A stretch of 52,221 bases of DNA, taken from the IMG/VR virus record IMGVR_UViG_3300024186_000001, positions 1 through 52,221 of that record; one strand, written 5' to 3'. The notes under the pieces were generated by a model. That model had not been told where the DNA came from, ran no database searches, and saw only the letters and a list, made by a program, of their open reading frames with translations. The position numbers were made by a program, and so were the translations under genes. This stretch comes from a virus (taxonomy: Duplodnaviria > Caudoviricetes). Shown here in pieces: positions 8,407 through 17,475 of the stretch. Numbering within the stretch: position 1 is the stretch's first letter; the number at the start of each line of letters is the position of its first letter.

Positions 8407-10035
8407 GTGGCCGGTGAAATCTCCTTCTCTGAGTTCCCGCCACCGCTGACGCGCGGTGATCGCAGCCAGTGCGGTTCCTTCGACGCGCGCAATTTGACTT
8501 ATGGCCCTTCGCGCACTGAGGGCGGCGCTCCATCGAATATCTCTCCGCGTCCCGGTACGCGCCAGCTAACGATTCTTCCAACCTCCAAGCCGGTCACGTC
8601 CACAACGCCGCCAACGCTGCTGCTCGACTCTGTGCATCTTCTCAAGCGCGTTGGGGGCCAACCGTTCTTCACCGTCTCGCGCAGGGATGGAAACCCGAAC
8701 CAGCCCGGATACGGAACTGTGTTGATGATTGGAGCCATCGCAGCCGTGGGAGGCAGCGGCGGATTCTCACCAGCAGAGCCGCCGACAATTCCGGTGCCGG
8801 TCCCAACGTGGGAGTTCAACGCCTCGACGCCGTTCATCCCCGAGGATGCTCCGGCTGAATGGGCGCAAGTCATCAACAGCGTGTTCACGGCAGACCCAAG
8901 CACGCTCGCAATCACGCAGCGCACGGCTCAGTTCGACAGCGTGCAATCGTTCGGAGCGGACGCTGCGGGCAACGTGTGGTATGCGCCAGCGACGGACAAT
9001 GGCGGCGGGTCTTGGACCGTGAACTTTCACTATCGAGACATGGACGGTGTTGATCACGGGCCACTTGGAAGCGGGCTCACGTTCGCAGACGGCTTCTATC
9101 AGATGATGGTCGCCGCGCGCCCGACAGACAGCGGCCTGTGGCTGATGGTGCAATCGAACGGTGGCGCTGGGCGTCTGTTTGACTTGTACGACTTGAACAC
9201 TGGCGACGGTGCCGCGACGATTGGGAATGTTATTGATACCGCGTCCGCCGTGTTCTCGTCGAACGGCGGCATGACGCTCATGCCAGACGGCGACTTGATG
9301 TTCGTGGGTGGCAACAGCAGCGATCACGAAACGAAGGCGTGGAAGATCGAGCCTCAGACTGGTGCGGTGCGCGCGAACTACCCTGTGGCTCTCATGCTGG
9401 GCGGCGGCATTCTAGGAATGGAGACTCCGTTCTCGCGCGTGGCCGCGTTGAAGGACGGGCGTGTGCTGATGGCTGCGTCCACGAAGGACGAGGGCATGGA
9501 CTCGTTTGCTGGTATCGTGGCTTACACGTTCGATGATGCTGGCGTTGTCGGCAATCCAGACACGTTCGTTGACCTCACAGCGTTGGTTTCAACTGACGGA
9601 TGGCTGACGACCTATAATCGCATTTGGTTCTCGCCTGCGTGGGACACGCTGACGCCGGACGCGGAGACTGGCAAGATGGTCGTGGTCGCTGGTGGTACGC
9701 TCACGTCACCCGGCGATTGGGCCATCAGCCATTCGTCGAACGGCACACTGACAGACATTACCGCCAACGTATTCAGCTATGGCGACGGCAAGATGTTCAC
9801 GTCAGACCAGACATCTGGCAACGTGCCTCTTTGGGCGAATACAGGGTCATTGTATCTCGGAATGAAGGACGGCAGCGCGGACAAGCCCTCTATCGTGGAA
9901 CTGAGCGCATCTACGGGCGCGGTGACTCGCTCGACCGTTGCCGACTCTTTGGCCGAGGAAGGCGCGCTACTCCTCAACTGCTTCGTGAACTACGACCCGG
10001 CGAACAGCTATCTTGCTACTCAGGTGGTGGGATAG
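8407..10035 (+). CDS. Tail protein: nozzle-like N-terminus fused to a beta-propeller-like domain
   Basis: GAGGT RBS; N-terminal ARNL..ISPRPG; GGSGG/Pro linker; the remainder is paralogous to 10038-11213. Confidence 0.65.
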   Translation: MAGEISFSEFPPPLTRGDRSQCGSFDARNLTYGPSRTEGGAPSNISPRPGTRQLTILPTSKPVTSTTPPTLLLDSVHLLKRVGGQPFFTVSRRDGNPNQPGYGTVLMIGAIAAVGGSGGFSPAEPPTIPVPVPTWEFNASTPFIPEDAPAEWAQVINSVFTADPSTLAITQRTAQFDSVQSFGADAAGNVWYAPATDNGGGSWTVNFHYRDMDGVDHGPLGSGLTFADGFYQMMVAARPTDSGLWLMVQSNGGAGRLFDLYDLNTGDGAATIGNVIDTASAVFSSNGGMTLMPDGDLMFVGGNSSDHETKAWKIEPQTGAVRANYPVALMLGGGILGMETPFSRVAALKDGRVLMAASTKDEGMDSFAGIVAYTFDDAGVVGNPDTFVDLTALVSTDGWLTTYNRIWFSPAWDTLTPDAETGKMVVVAGGTLTSPGDWAISHSSNGTLTDITANVFSYGDGKMFTSDQTSGNVPLWANTGSLYLGMKDGSADKPSIVELSASTGAVTRSTVADSLAEEGALLLNCFVNYDPANSYLATQVVG

Positions 10036-10037
10036 CC

Positions 10038-11213
10038 ATGTCACAGCCTCTCTACGAATACAACGTTGCAGAATCAGAGTTCTCGTCCATCAGCGAGGAC
10101 AGCGGAACCGCCATTGTCGGAACCGACGTGGAGGCTTACTGCTGGATGACGGTCACTGTCGGCGACCCGCCAGCGATTCCGATTACATCGGTTGCCTTCC
10201 AGCGCGTGAAAAGTGGCGTGATTGAGACAGTGGATATCCTTGATGGAAGCTGGTCTGCTGCGTCTCCGAACACCGTCGTACTTGGGAACGAATCTGGAAT
10301 CTTCATCGCGTTCTTCACCATCGCGGGAAGCACGGTCAACGTCGCGCTCTACAAGCTCATCCCTGAGGATGGATTGAAGCTGATAGACGCGAGCGTTGTC
10401 ACCTACTCGACGGGGACCAGCGACGGCATTTGCGGCATGACGTGGTGCGGCGACACGCAGACGGACCCTGACCTCGCAATCCTGATGCACCACAACGGCA
10501 CGGTGAAGATTTACAAGGTGGACCCCGCGAACGGCAACGTGCGCGGCGGGTATCCGCAGACACTCACCTATCCGGGCAGCGGCGCAATCGTCGTGCGCGA
10601 CACGACAAGCATCGCGTACTGCCGTGACGGGTTCATCTACTTCTTCGCCTACGTTGGTCCGTCATCTGCCGTCACGAAGGCTGGCATTGTCGGATATAAG
10701 TTGGGCGTGGCGAGCATCGCAGATTCACACGTTCTTGTGGACCTCACGACGCCGACCAACTCGTTCGGATTCACGTCGGTTGATTGGGGCGTGGTGAACG
10801 ACGAAATGGGCGACTGGTCGCACATCGTGACGTTCAACTGCAACCCTCTCGACGTGCGCGAGAGGCAGGTCCTCATTAGCGAAATCACGGGCTCGACTGT
10901 GACCGTGGACGTTGACGCAGCGTTTCTGCGACCAGCAACGGCGACGGGGAAGCCAGCGTTCGGCGCGCGAGGTATGGATGAAGGGTTCGTGTATGTGGGC
11001 GGCATCTATTATGACGACGGCGACCCGGACAATATCGTGTCCAATCCCGCGCTGTTTCAGTTCTCGACGGCTGGCGCTCTGGCAGATACGATTCTTTCGG
11101 AAGATGTCACGAGCGATGGGTTGACGTGGCGCTCGCCGGGGCAAACGGGCCAAGGCTTTGTCGATCCTAGCGGCGCGTGGGCGCGAACGCAGCTTAGGAG
11201 CCTCCCGAAATAA
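10038..11213 (+). CDS. Beta-propeller-like tail protein, paralog of the C-terminal part of 8407-10035
   Basis: Start placed at ATG 10038 after GGTGG; KIYKVDPANGNVRGGYP versus AWKIEPQTGAVRANYP. Confidence 0.7.
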   Translation: MSQPLYEYNVAESEFSSISEDSGTAIVGTDVEAYCWMTVTVGDPPAIPITSVAFQRVKSGVIETVDILDGSWSAASPNTVVLGNESGIFIAFFTIAGSTVNVALYKLIPEDGLKLIDASVVTYSTGTSDGICGMTWCGDTQTDPDLAILMHHNGTVKIYKVDPANGNVRGGYPQTLTYPGSGAIVVRDTTSIAYCRDGFIYFFAYVGPSSAVTKAGIVGYKLGVASIADSHVLVDLTTPTNSFGFTSVDWGVVNDEMGDWSHIVTFNCNPLDVRERQVLISEITGSTVTVDVDAAFLRPATATGKPAFGARGMDEGFVYVGGIYYDDGDPDNIVSNPALFQFSTAGALADTILSEDVTSDGLTWRSPGQTGQGFVDPSGAWARTQLRSLPK

Positions 11214-13750
11214 TGGCTGCTCACGACCTCGTTGAAATAATCCACGTCGGCTACCGCGACAGCCTTTACGTTGAGTCGCAGAGGCTCGCGACAGACGGGC
11301 ATCCGATTGTCGTCGCTCCGGCGAACGGCTCTGCGGTCGCTGGCGTTGTTGCACTGACAGGGGATTACCAAACAGTTTGGCTTTCGTGGCAGGACACGGG
11401 CGGCAACGTCAAGCCGCTCACCATCCCGATTCCCTACTTTGAAATCGCTGTGCCCGACGAAGGATTCGACCCGTCTGTGGAGACGCTCGCGGCCTCTCCC
11501 ATCGGCCCCGGCATCAATGTCAGCGTGCAGGCCGTCACGCGATACTACTCGTTCGGCTGGGTAGCTGATGCGCTCAACCTCGGCATTGACGACGCCTATC
11601 AGCCCATTGGCCGCGTCATGCAATTCGTGTATCAGCAGGCTCCTCCCGGCGCGGAAACCTCAGACTGGCGCGGCGTCGTCACGCTCTCGAACGATACGGT
11701 CGTTCCGCTCAAGCAAGTGAAGTGGACGATTGATGCAAACGCATTCACGGCTCCGACGAACGTTCCGGGCGTGGCGACATGGAAGCTGGCGATGTATGTG
11801 TTCACCACGCTCCCGAAGAACGTACTCGAATTGAACGCTCAGGGCGGTGCGTACATCGGCGAAGTGGACCCCGTTGCTGGCGGTGTCATCATCGACTCGG
11901 GCCAGAGCGCCAACACGTTCTACCCTGAAATGTATATCAACGCCAGCGAGTCGCGCACCGTGTTCTCGTTCGGCAACCAGTTTGTGTGGGCGGGCGGAAG
12001 CGATAGGTGGCAGTCGCAGCTTCTCAAGGCGAGCGACGGCTCGTATCCGCAGGTAATGACTCCGCTCGACGATGACGACGACCCTATTCTCTACGAGTTG
12101 TGGGTCCGCAAGAACGGGTCAACGACGGACCCCGCAATCGACCCCATTGATGAGGGCGAGGATTACGAGTGGCCGCAGGCGGTCATCGGCAAGCGCATCT
12201 ACATCGCTGGCCGCGACGACGTGTGCATCATCGAGGGCATACTGCCAAGCACGGACACTAGCGACAGCGGCGAATACACAATCCTTCGTTTGGCCGCTCC
12301 GCTTGTGAGCGCAATCTCTACGCCCGTGGACTTCCGCATCAGCGGTCAGAGCATGGTGAAGATTGGGCACCCGGACGTTCGCATGAGCGAGAAGGTGCCA
12401 GCATCGCTGCAACTCGACGCCACGGGGTTCATCAACAATCCGATCACGGGCGGGATGGCGGACGCGGAGCAGCTTTACTTCATCGTGTGTTCCAACAACG
12501 AAATGGCGAAGGTCATCAACGCGCCGACAGCGTTCGCGGCTACTGGCAACCTTGAAGGCGTTACGCCGCCGTATTTCCTGAGCGTCTCGACGGACGTTGG
12601 ATGCGTCTCGCAGCAGGCGCTCATTCGCGGCGCATCGAAATATATTATGGGATTCAGCGACGGTCGCGGCCCGTGGATATTCGATGGGTCGTCACCGCGC
12701 TTGCTGGACGAGGCGCGCAACCTCGCGCAGTTCTATGATGGACTCACTGAGGGCCAGAAGGCGAACGCGAGCGGCGCGTTCTCGTCACGCCTGAATCTTG
12801 CGATGTGGTGCTTCCCGAACATCAACGGCGACCTGTCCGCGCAGATGCACTTCAATGCGTGGGGGCAGGGAAAGATTCTCGTGTTCGACTTCAACACCAG
12901 CACGCTCTCGTGGTTTGAAATGATTGGCTACTCTGTGCAGGCGCTCACAACGATTCAGCAGTACGAGAAGCTCGACGACTACGACCATGTTGGCGACACC
13001 ATCATTGGGGCGTTGCAGGATGGCAGCATCGTTGAGTTCAACGAACTGCTGTTCGGCGACCTGTCCACGGACCCTGAGAATAACAAGGTCATGGGGGGCA
13101 CGGTGACGGAGAAGGCAGATACCGACACGGTGCTTACGATTCTATTCCAGCATCGCATCAACGAAATCGCGGTGTTCTTTGGGCAGATGTCGGAGTGGAT
13201 TGAGAACGCGATGGTTGTTATCATTGGCCGCGACCCTTCGTATCCAAGAGACTCGACATTCAGCGCGCGCCTCGGTGCTAGTGTACCGCTTACTCAGGTT
13301 GTGCAACCGGGGAACATCATCAAGCTCGCGTCAACGTGGAACGAAGTGCAGGTCGGTGACATCGTGTGCATCGCGCCGATTCGTATGTTGTTCACTGGCA
13401 GCGACTTGCGCAGCATCAAGACCTACTCTGCGATTCAGAGCGTGGACAATGTGGCGGCGGACTTGCCAATTGTGACACCACAGGATGAGCCGCCCGCAGA
13501 GGAAAACGGAACGCTGTGGCTGGATTGGAGATTCCGAGTTACGGTGCTGAGTGGCGGGAACACAACGACGCCGCAGAGCAATTCCAAGAGCGTTGCGACC
13601 GTGCTGCGCGGAGCCTCGTTGCAGCAGCAGAGTTCGTTCGCGCTCAGGCCGAACGTGGCTGGCAAGAGCGTGCGTGTGCAGATAGACTCGTTCGTGCCGC
13701 CTGACAAGGGACTGACGATTGACCAAGTTGATTTCACCGCGAGGGGATGA
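11213..13750 (+). CDS. Tail nozzle / tail tubular B / packaged-DNA stabilisation protein
   Basis: 845 aa; DVGCVSQQAL, GPWIFDG and ILVFDFNTSTLSWF propeller motifs; TAATG coupling. Confidence 0.7.
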   Translation: MAAHDLVEIIHVGYRDSLYVESQRLATDGHPIVVAPANGSAVAGVVALTGDYQTVWLSWQDTGGNVKPLTIPIPYFEIAVPDEGFDPSVETLAASPIGPGINVSVQAVTRYYSFGWVADALNLGIDDAYQPIGRVMQFVYQQAPPGAETSDWRGVVTLSNDTVVPLKQVKWTIDANAFTAPTNVPGVATWKLAMYVFTTLPKNVLELNAQGGAYIGEVDPVAGGVIIDSGQSANTFYPEMYINASESRTVFSFGNQFVWAGGSDRWQSQLLKASDGSYPQVMTPLDDDDDPILYELWVRKNGSTTDPAIDPIDEGEDYEWPQAVIGKRIYIAGRDDVCIIEGILPSTDTSDSGEYTILRLAAPLVSAISTPVDFRISGQSMVKIGHPDVRMSEKVPASLQLDATGFINNPITGGMADAEQLYFIVCSNNEMAKVINAPTAFAATGNLEGVTPPYFLSVSTDVGCVSQQALIRGASKYIMGFSDGRGPWIFDGSSPRLLDEARNLAQFYDGLTEGQKANASGAFSSRLNLAMWCFPNINGDLSAQMHFNAWGQGKILVFDFNTSTLSWFEMIGYSVQALTTIQQYEKLDDYDHVGDTIIGALQDGSIVEFNELLFGDLSTDPENNKVMGGTVTEKADTDTVLTILFQHRINEIAVFFGQMSEWIENAMVVIIGRDPSYPRDSTFSARLGASVPLTQVVQPGNIIKLASTWNEVQVGDIVCIAPIRMLFTGSDLRSIKTYSAIQSVDNVAADLPIVTPQDEPPAEENGTLWLDWRFRVTVLSGGNTTTPQSNSKSVATVLRGASLQQQSSFALRPNVAGKSVRVQIDSFVPPDKGLTIDQVDFTARG

Positions 13751-14481
13751 CGATGGCCGCAGACACAAACGCAGACATTGTAGTAGACAAGTCGGCGCAA
13801 CTGCCGTCCGGTGACATCGTGCGCGATGCCTTCACGGGGAACAAGGGCAGCGCCGAAAAGATGTGGATTTGGTTCTTCTCACTTTCCGCGTTGCTCACGG
13901 CGACGATTGCGAAGGTGAACGCGATTACGACCACCCCAGCGATTCAGAATATCGTGAACCCGCAGACCGGCGTGCTGAATGGATGGGTTGCAATTTCGGC
14001 TGCTGACTGCAATCCGGCAGCGGCGACGACGAACGTTGCGGCATGGACAACGGTAATCGAAACAGGAGAAGCGTTCTCTGCCCTCACCGTTACGCCCTCC
14101 GCTGGAACCGCGCAGATGTTCGTGCCGATTCGCGCGGGGAAGGGAACGATTCTCGACGCCATCAACGTGAAGTGGAAGGCGAAGGACAACGATGGTGGTA
14201 CGAACCCCGTTACCCTCGAAGCCGTGATTGTCGGCGAGGATTTGACAGATACGAGCGGTGCTGGATTTCAGCCTATTGGCGGGAACACGGTCCCCATCGG
14301 ATACAACGGTACGAGCGACACGGTTCGATTCGATGGCTTCACATTGAATCTTCCGGTGACGTTGCAGGAACATTGGCGGTATGCGGTGCTGCTCTACTTC
14401 ACAACGGGACTCGCAAACACGAACGGGTGGGACGTGGGTTTCTACGGGGCTGAGATTCATTACACCAAGCGTTTCATCTGA
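13747..14481 (+). CDS. Tail-associated protein with a C-terminal domain paralogous to the 7574 fibre
   Basis: ATGA overlap; shares NGW..S, IL(D)..(V).W and HYT.RF termini. Confidence 0.72.
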   Translation: MTMAADTNADIVVDKSAQLPSGDIVRDAFTGNKGSAEKMWIWFFSLSALLTATIAKVNAITTTPAIQNIVNPQTGVLNGWVAISAADCNPAAATTNVAAWTTVIETGEAFSALTVTPSAGTAQMFVPIRAGKGTILDAINVKWKAKDNDGGTNPVTLEAVIVGEDLTDTSGAGFQPIGGNTVPIGYNGTSDTVRFDGFTLNLPVTLQEHWRYAVLLYFTTGLANTNGWDVGFYGAEIHYTKRFI

Positions 14482-14548
14482 AACACCGCTTGATTTTGGA
14501 ATCGCTCGCGCCATGAATCACGCGCGATAGGCTAGGAGACTCGCACCA

Positions 14549-15730
14549 ATGAACATCACGTCGCCGATGATGAACCAGTCGGGCCAGTTTCGCGGGAACG
14601 CGCGACCGGGCCTTGGCGCGGGGCCGAAGCCTATGCCCGTTGGCCCCAAGCCAGCGCAGCCGATGGGTGGAGGCGGCGGGTTCTTTTCGATGCCTCGCGG
14701 CAACAGCGCGTTTGGGCTCGCTGGTGGTAACGGTGCCCCGCAGCGCATGGGTGGCGATGCTGGACTCCAGAAGCCGGGAATGCAGCCTTATCTTGGCGGG
14801 GCAACTCAGGCTGGCGGATTGAACACCGGTGGCGCTCCGCTCATGGGCAGGATGCCGATGCCGCCGCCGCTCAAGCCGTTGCAGGGTCCGGCTCAGGCAA
14901 TGCCCGGTGGTGGCGCGCTCAACACGCAGCCGCCTTCGCCAGCGCCCGGTTGGAATCCAAACTTCAACCCCATCGGCCAGCAGTGGCAGCAGCCTAGCCC
15001 TTCGCAGATGGGTGGTGGGCCGACGGGGGGCTCGTATGGGCCACCGGCACAGATGCAGGCACCGCCGCCGTCTCCGTTTGCCGCTCCTACTGGTGCGGGT
15101 GCTTATAGCCCGATGGGGGCTGGCGCTCACACTGCGAATCAGGGCGGCGATATGCCCGCGAGTCCATTCGGCCCCGGCATGATGGAGGCACCGCAGCAGA
15201 CGAAGGGTATGGAGGGACCGACTGGCGTTGGTGGTGGCGTGCCTCCGTTGAACACTCCCGGTGGCCCAACTGGCGGAATGTATGGACCGCCCGCGCAGGC
15301 ACCAGCGCCGATGCCAGCACCGCCGCCCTACGACCCAAGCTGGCAGGGGCATTGGGGCGACAAGGAGTGGAACAAGCGCCCGACTCAGCAGATGCCGCCC
15401 GCTGGTCCGGGTGGGACGCCGCCGGGGCAGCAGGCAGGTGGTTCGTCAAGCAGCCCGTTCGGAGCAAATGACCCTCGTTCGGCACCGGGCTATCACCCTA
15501 CGCCGCCTCCAATGATGGGCAAGCCTGCTGCGGAATACGACCAACTCAGGCAAAATCGCCTGCAACAGCACAAAGATAATCAGGTCATTTACGACAACAC
15601 TGGCTACCCGTGGAGGCGTGGTGATTGGGAGAAATACTCATACGGTAATCATGTGTATGATGCGCAGCGCAAAAAGGCAGAACAAATCCACGGTTCGTGG
15701 TTTTACAACCAACTGCACAAGACTCCATAA
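14549..15730 (+). CDS. Pro/Gly/Met/Gln-rich low-complexity protein (putative internal virion protein)
   Basis: AGGAG RBS; 393 aa; about 330 aa of low complexity, then a W/Y-rich C-terminal domain. Confidence 0.72.
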   Translation: MNITSPMMNQSGQFRGNARPGLGAGPKPMPVGPKPAQPMGGGGGFFSMPRGNSAFGLAGGNGAPQRMGGDAGLQKPGMQPYLGGATQAGGLNTGGAPLMGRMPMPPPLKPLQGPAQAMPGGGALNTQPPSPAPGWNPNFNPIGQQWQQPSPSQMGGGPTGGSYGPPAQMQAPPPSPFAAPTGAGAYSPMGAGAHTANQGGDMPASPFGPGMMEAPQQTKGMEGPTGVGGGVPPLNTPGGPTGGMYGPPAQAPAPMPAPPPYDPSWQGHWGDKEWNKRPTQQMPPAGPGGTPPGQQAGGSSSSPFGANDPRSAPGYHPTPPPMMGKPAAEYDQLRQNRLQQHKDNQVIYDNTGYPWRRGDWEKYSYGNHVYDAQRKKAEQIHGSWFYNQLHKTP

Positions 15731-17475
15731 TGCCAACAGCCCCCCCCACCACAGGCGGATTTTGGGGACAGTATCCGCCAAAGTCTCCGACGCCCCCGCC
15801 CGTCTATCATCCACCGGGCACGACGGGGCAGTATGTCCCGCCGCCGCACTACACAGACGGCCCGCCGCCGGGGTATCCTCGCGTTCCGGGCGCTCCTACC
15901 TATCCGACTGGCGGCACGGGTGGTGGCACCTATGGCAGCGGGAGCGGCGGTGGCGTTCCGCAACAGTGGAACCCCGCGCCTCCTCCAACGCCTTACCGTC
16001 CGGGCACGCCGTACCAGCCCGGTCCAAGCTACCAGCCTTCCGCTCCCGGCCCCGGCTACACTCCGGGTACGCCGTACCATGCGCCTGCCGCTGGCACGCC
16101 GTACACTCCGGGGGCTCAGTGGCAACCAACCGCCGCTGGGCCAGCGTACACTCCCGGCCCTCAGTTTAGGCCGCAAGCTGGACAGGACTACACTGCTGGC
16201 CCTCAGTGGCGTCCAGATCGCGCTACTAACTACAACTTCGGCAAGAGCATCGGCCAGTTCGGACAGGTTTACAACACGTTCGGGCAGGACCGCGCCGCCT
16301 TCATCGCGGAGAAGGAGAACGCTGCGAGGCTGGCAGAAGCCGCCGCTCGCTACGGAGACACGCTTACGAATCAGGCGCAAGAAGCTGCTGGCCGTGACGT
16401 GAACAACTACATGGCCGCTGGTGGTCGCCGGTTCGGTGCCGCTGGTGCGTTGCTGGCTGGGGGCGCGTCGAACGCGACCATGACGCCTGCGCTTGCCCAA
16501 GCAGCCGGTATCCGCATGGGCGGCGAGAACGATGCCTTCCAAGGTCGCCTCGCGGCCACGCAGGGCCAGTTGGGGGCCACGCAGGGTCAGCTTGGGGCGA
16601 CTCAGGGCTTGCTCGGCGCGCAGTCGGCTGATGCCGCGAATCAGCTTGCCGTAACTGGCATGAACAACCAGTTCGGCGGGCAGGCGTTCCAGATGGGGCA
16701 GCAGGACCGCCAGTTTGGTGCTGGACTCAATCAGCAGAACGTGGCGATGGCGAACCAGTACGGGGCGATGGGACACCAGATGGGCCAGCAAGATCGCCAG
16801 TACGGTGCCGATGACGCCTACCGCAAATGGCAGGCTGAGAACCAAATGGGGTATCAGGGCGCGGCGCTTGGACAGGCAGACCGGCAGTATGGAAACGACG
16901 CTTCCTATCGCAACGCTCAGATGGCGAACCAGAACGCGCAGTTTGGGGCATCGCTCGGCCAGAACGACCGCCAGTACGGGGCAGACAACGCCTATCGCAC
17001 ATGGCTCTCGCAGAACCAACTCGGTTTGCAGGGCGCGCAGATGGGAATGCAGGACAAGCAGTTCGGCGCGAACTTCAATCAGCAGAACCAGCAGTTCGCT
17101 TCCAACGACGCCTTCCGCCAGTGGCAGCAGGCGAACCAGTTTGGGTTGCAGGGCGCTGAGTTCGGGGCGAACAACCAGTATCGGAACACGCAGCAGTCAC
17201 TCGACGAGAAGTACCGCCGGGACGCGATGGCGCAGCAGCAGCAGCAGTTCATGGCGGAAATGCAACTCAAGTTGAAGCAGGCTGGCGTGCAGGCCCCGTG
17301 GTGGGCACTTAGCGAGCAGCAACTCCTACAGTTGGGTATCGACCCGATCGCAGTGGCCTTCTACAAACGGATGCAGGTGCCAACGAGCGATGGCGTTCCT
17401 CAGTTCCAGCCCAACGACCCTTGGGGGTCTAGCTGGCAGTATTCGCACACCGCTGGCTGGCCGGGAGGCGTCTAA
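15730..17475 (+). CDS. Putative DNA ejection/pilot protein with Pro-Tyr repeats and Q/N/G 29-aa repeats
   Basis: TAATG coupling at both ends; repeats are visible in the translation; located in the internal-protein block. Confidence 0.72.
   Translation: MPTAPPTTGGFWGQYPPKSPTPPPVYHPPGTTGQYVPPPHYTDGPPPGYPRVPGAPTYPTGGTGGGTYGSGSGGGVPQQWNPAPPPTPYRPGTPYQPGPSYQPSAPGPGYTPGTPYHAPAAGTPYTPGAQWQPTAAGPAYTPGPQFRPQAGQDYTAGPQWRPDRATNYNFGKSIGQFGQVYNTFGQDRAAFIAEKENAARLAEAAARYGDTLTNQAQEAAGRDVNNYMAAGGRRFGAAGALLAGGASNATMTPALAQAAGIRMGGENDAFQGRLAATQGQLGATQGQLGATQGLLGAQSADAANQLAVTGMNNQFGGQAFQMGQQDRQFGAGLNQQNVAMANQYGAMGHQMGQQDRQYGADDAYRKWQAENQMGYQGAALGQADRQYGNDASYRNAQMANQNAQFGASLGQNDRQYGADNAYRTWLSQNQLGLQGAQMGMQDKQFGANFNQQNQQFASNDAFRQWQQANQFGLQGAEFGANNQYRNTQQSLDEKYRRDAMAQQQQQFMAEMQLKLKQAGVQAPWWALSEQQLLQLGIDPIAVAFYKRMQVPTSDGVPQFQPNDPWGSSWQYSHTAGWPGGV
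16555..16617 (+). repeat. 3 x 21-bp coding tandem repeat (ATQGQLG)
   Basis: gccacgcagggccagttgggg / gccacgcagggtcagcttggg / gcgactcagggcttgctcggc. Confidence 0.85.
16696..17090 (+). repeat. 87-bp (29-aa) degenerate coding repeat, 4 full units plus a partial unit
   Basis: G(Q/M)xD(R/K)Q(F/Y)G begins at 16696, 16783, 16870, 16957 and 17044. Confidence 0.85.

Noticed and set aside
9624-10037. N-terminal extensions in the ORF track (also 7520, 33097, 35070, 41762, 44802)
   Set aside because: They overlap neighbouring genes or control DNA; downstream starts with an RBS or stop-start coupling fit better
7940-14481. Diversity-generating retroelement acting on the paralogous tail C-termini
   Set aside because: No reverse transcriptase is present; the similarity is at protein level only, with no near-identical template/variable repeat pair
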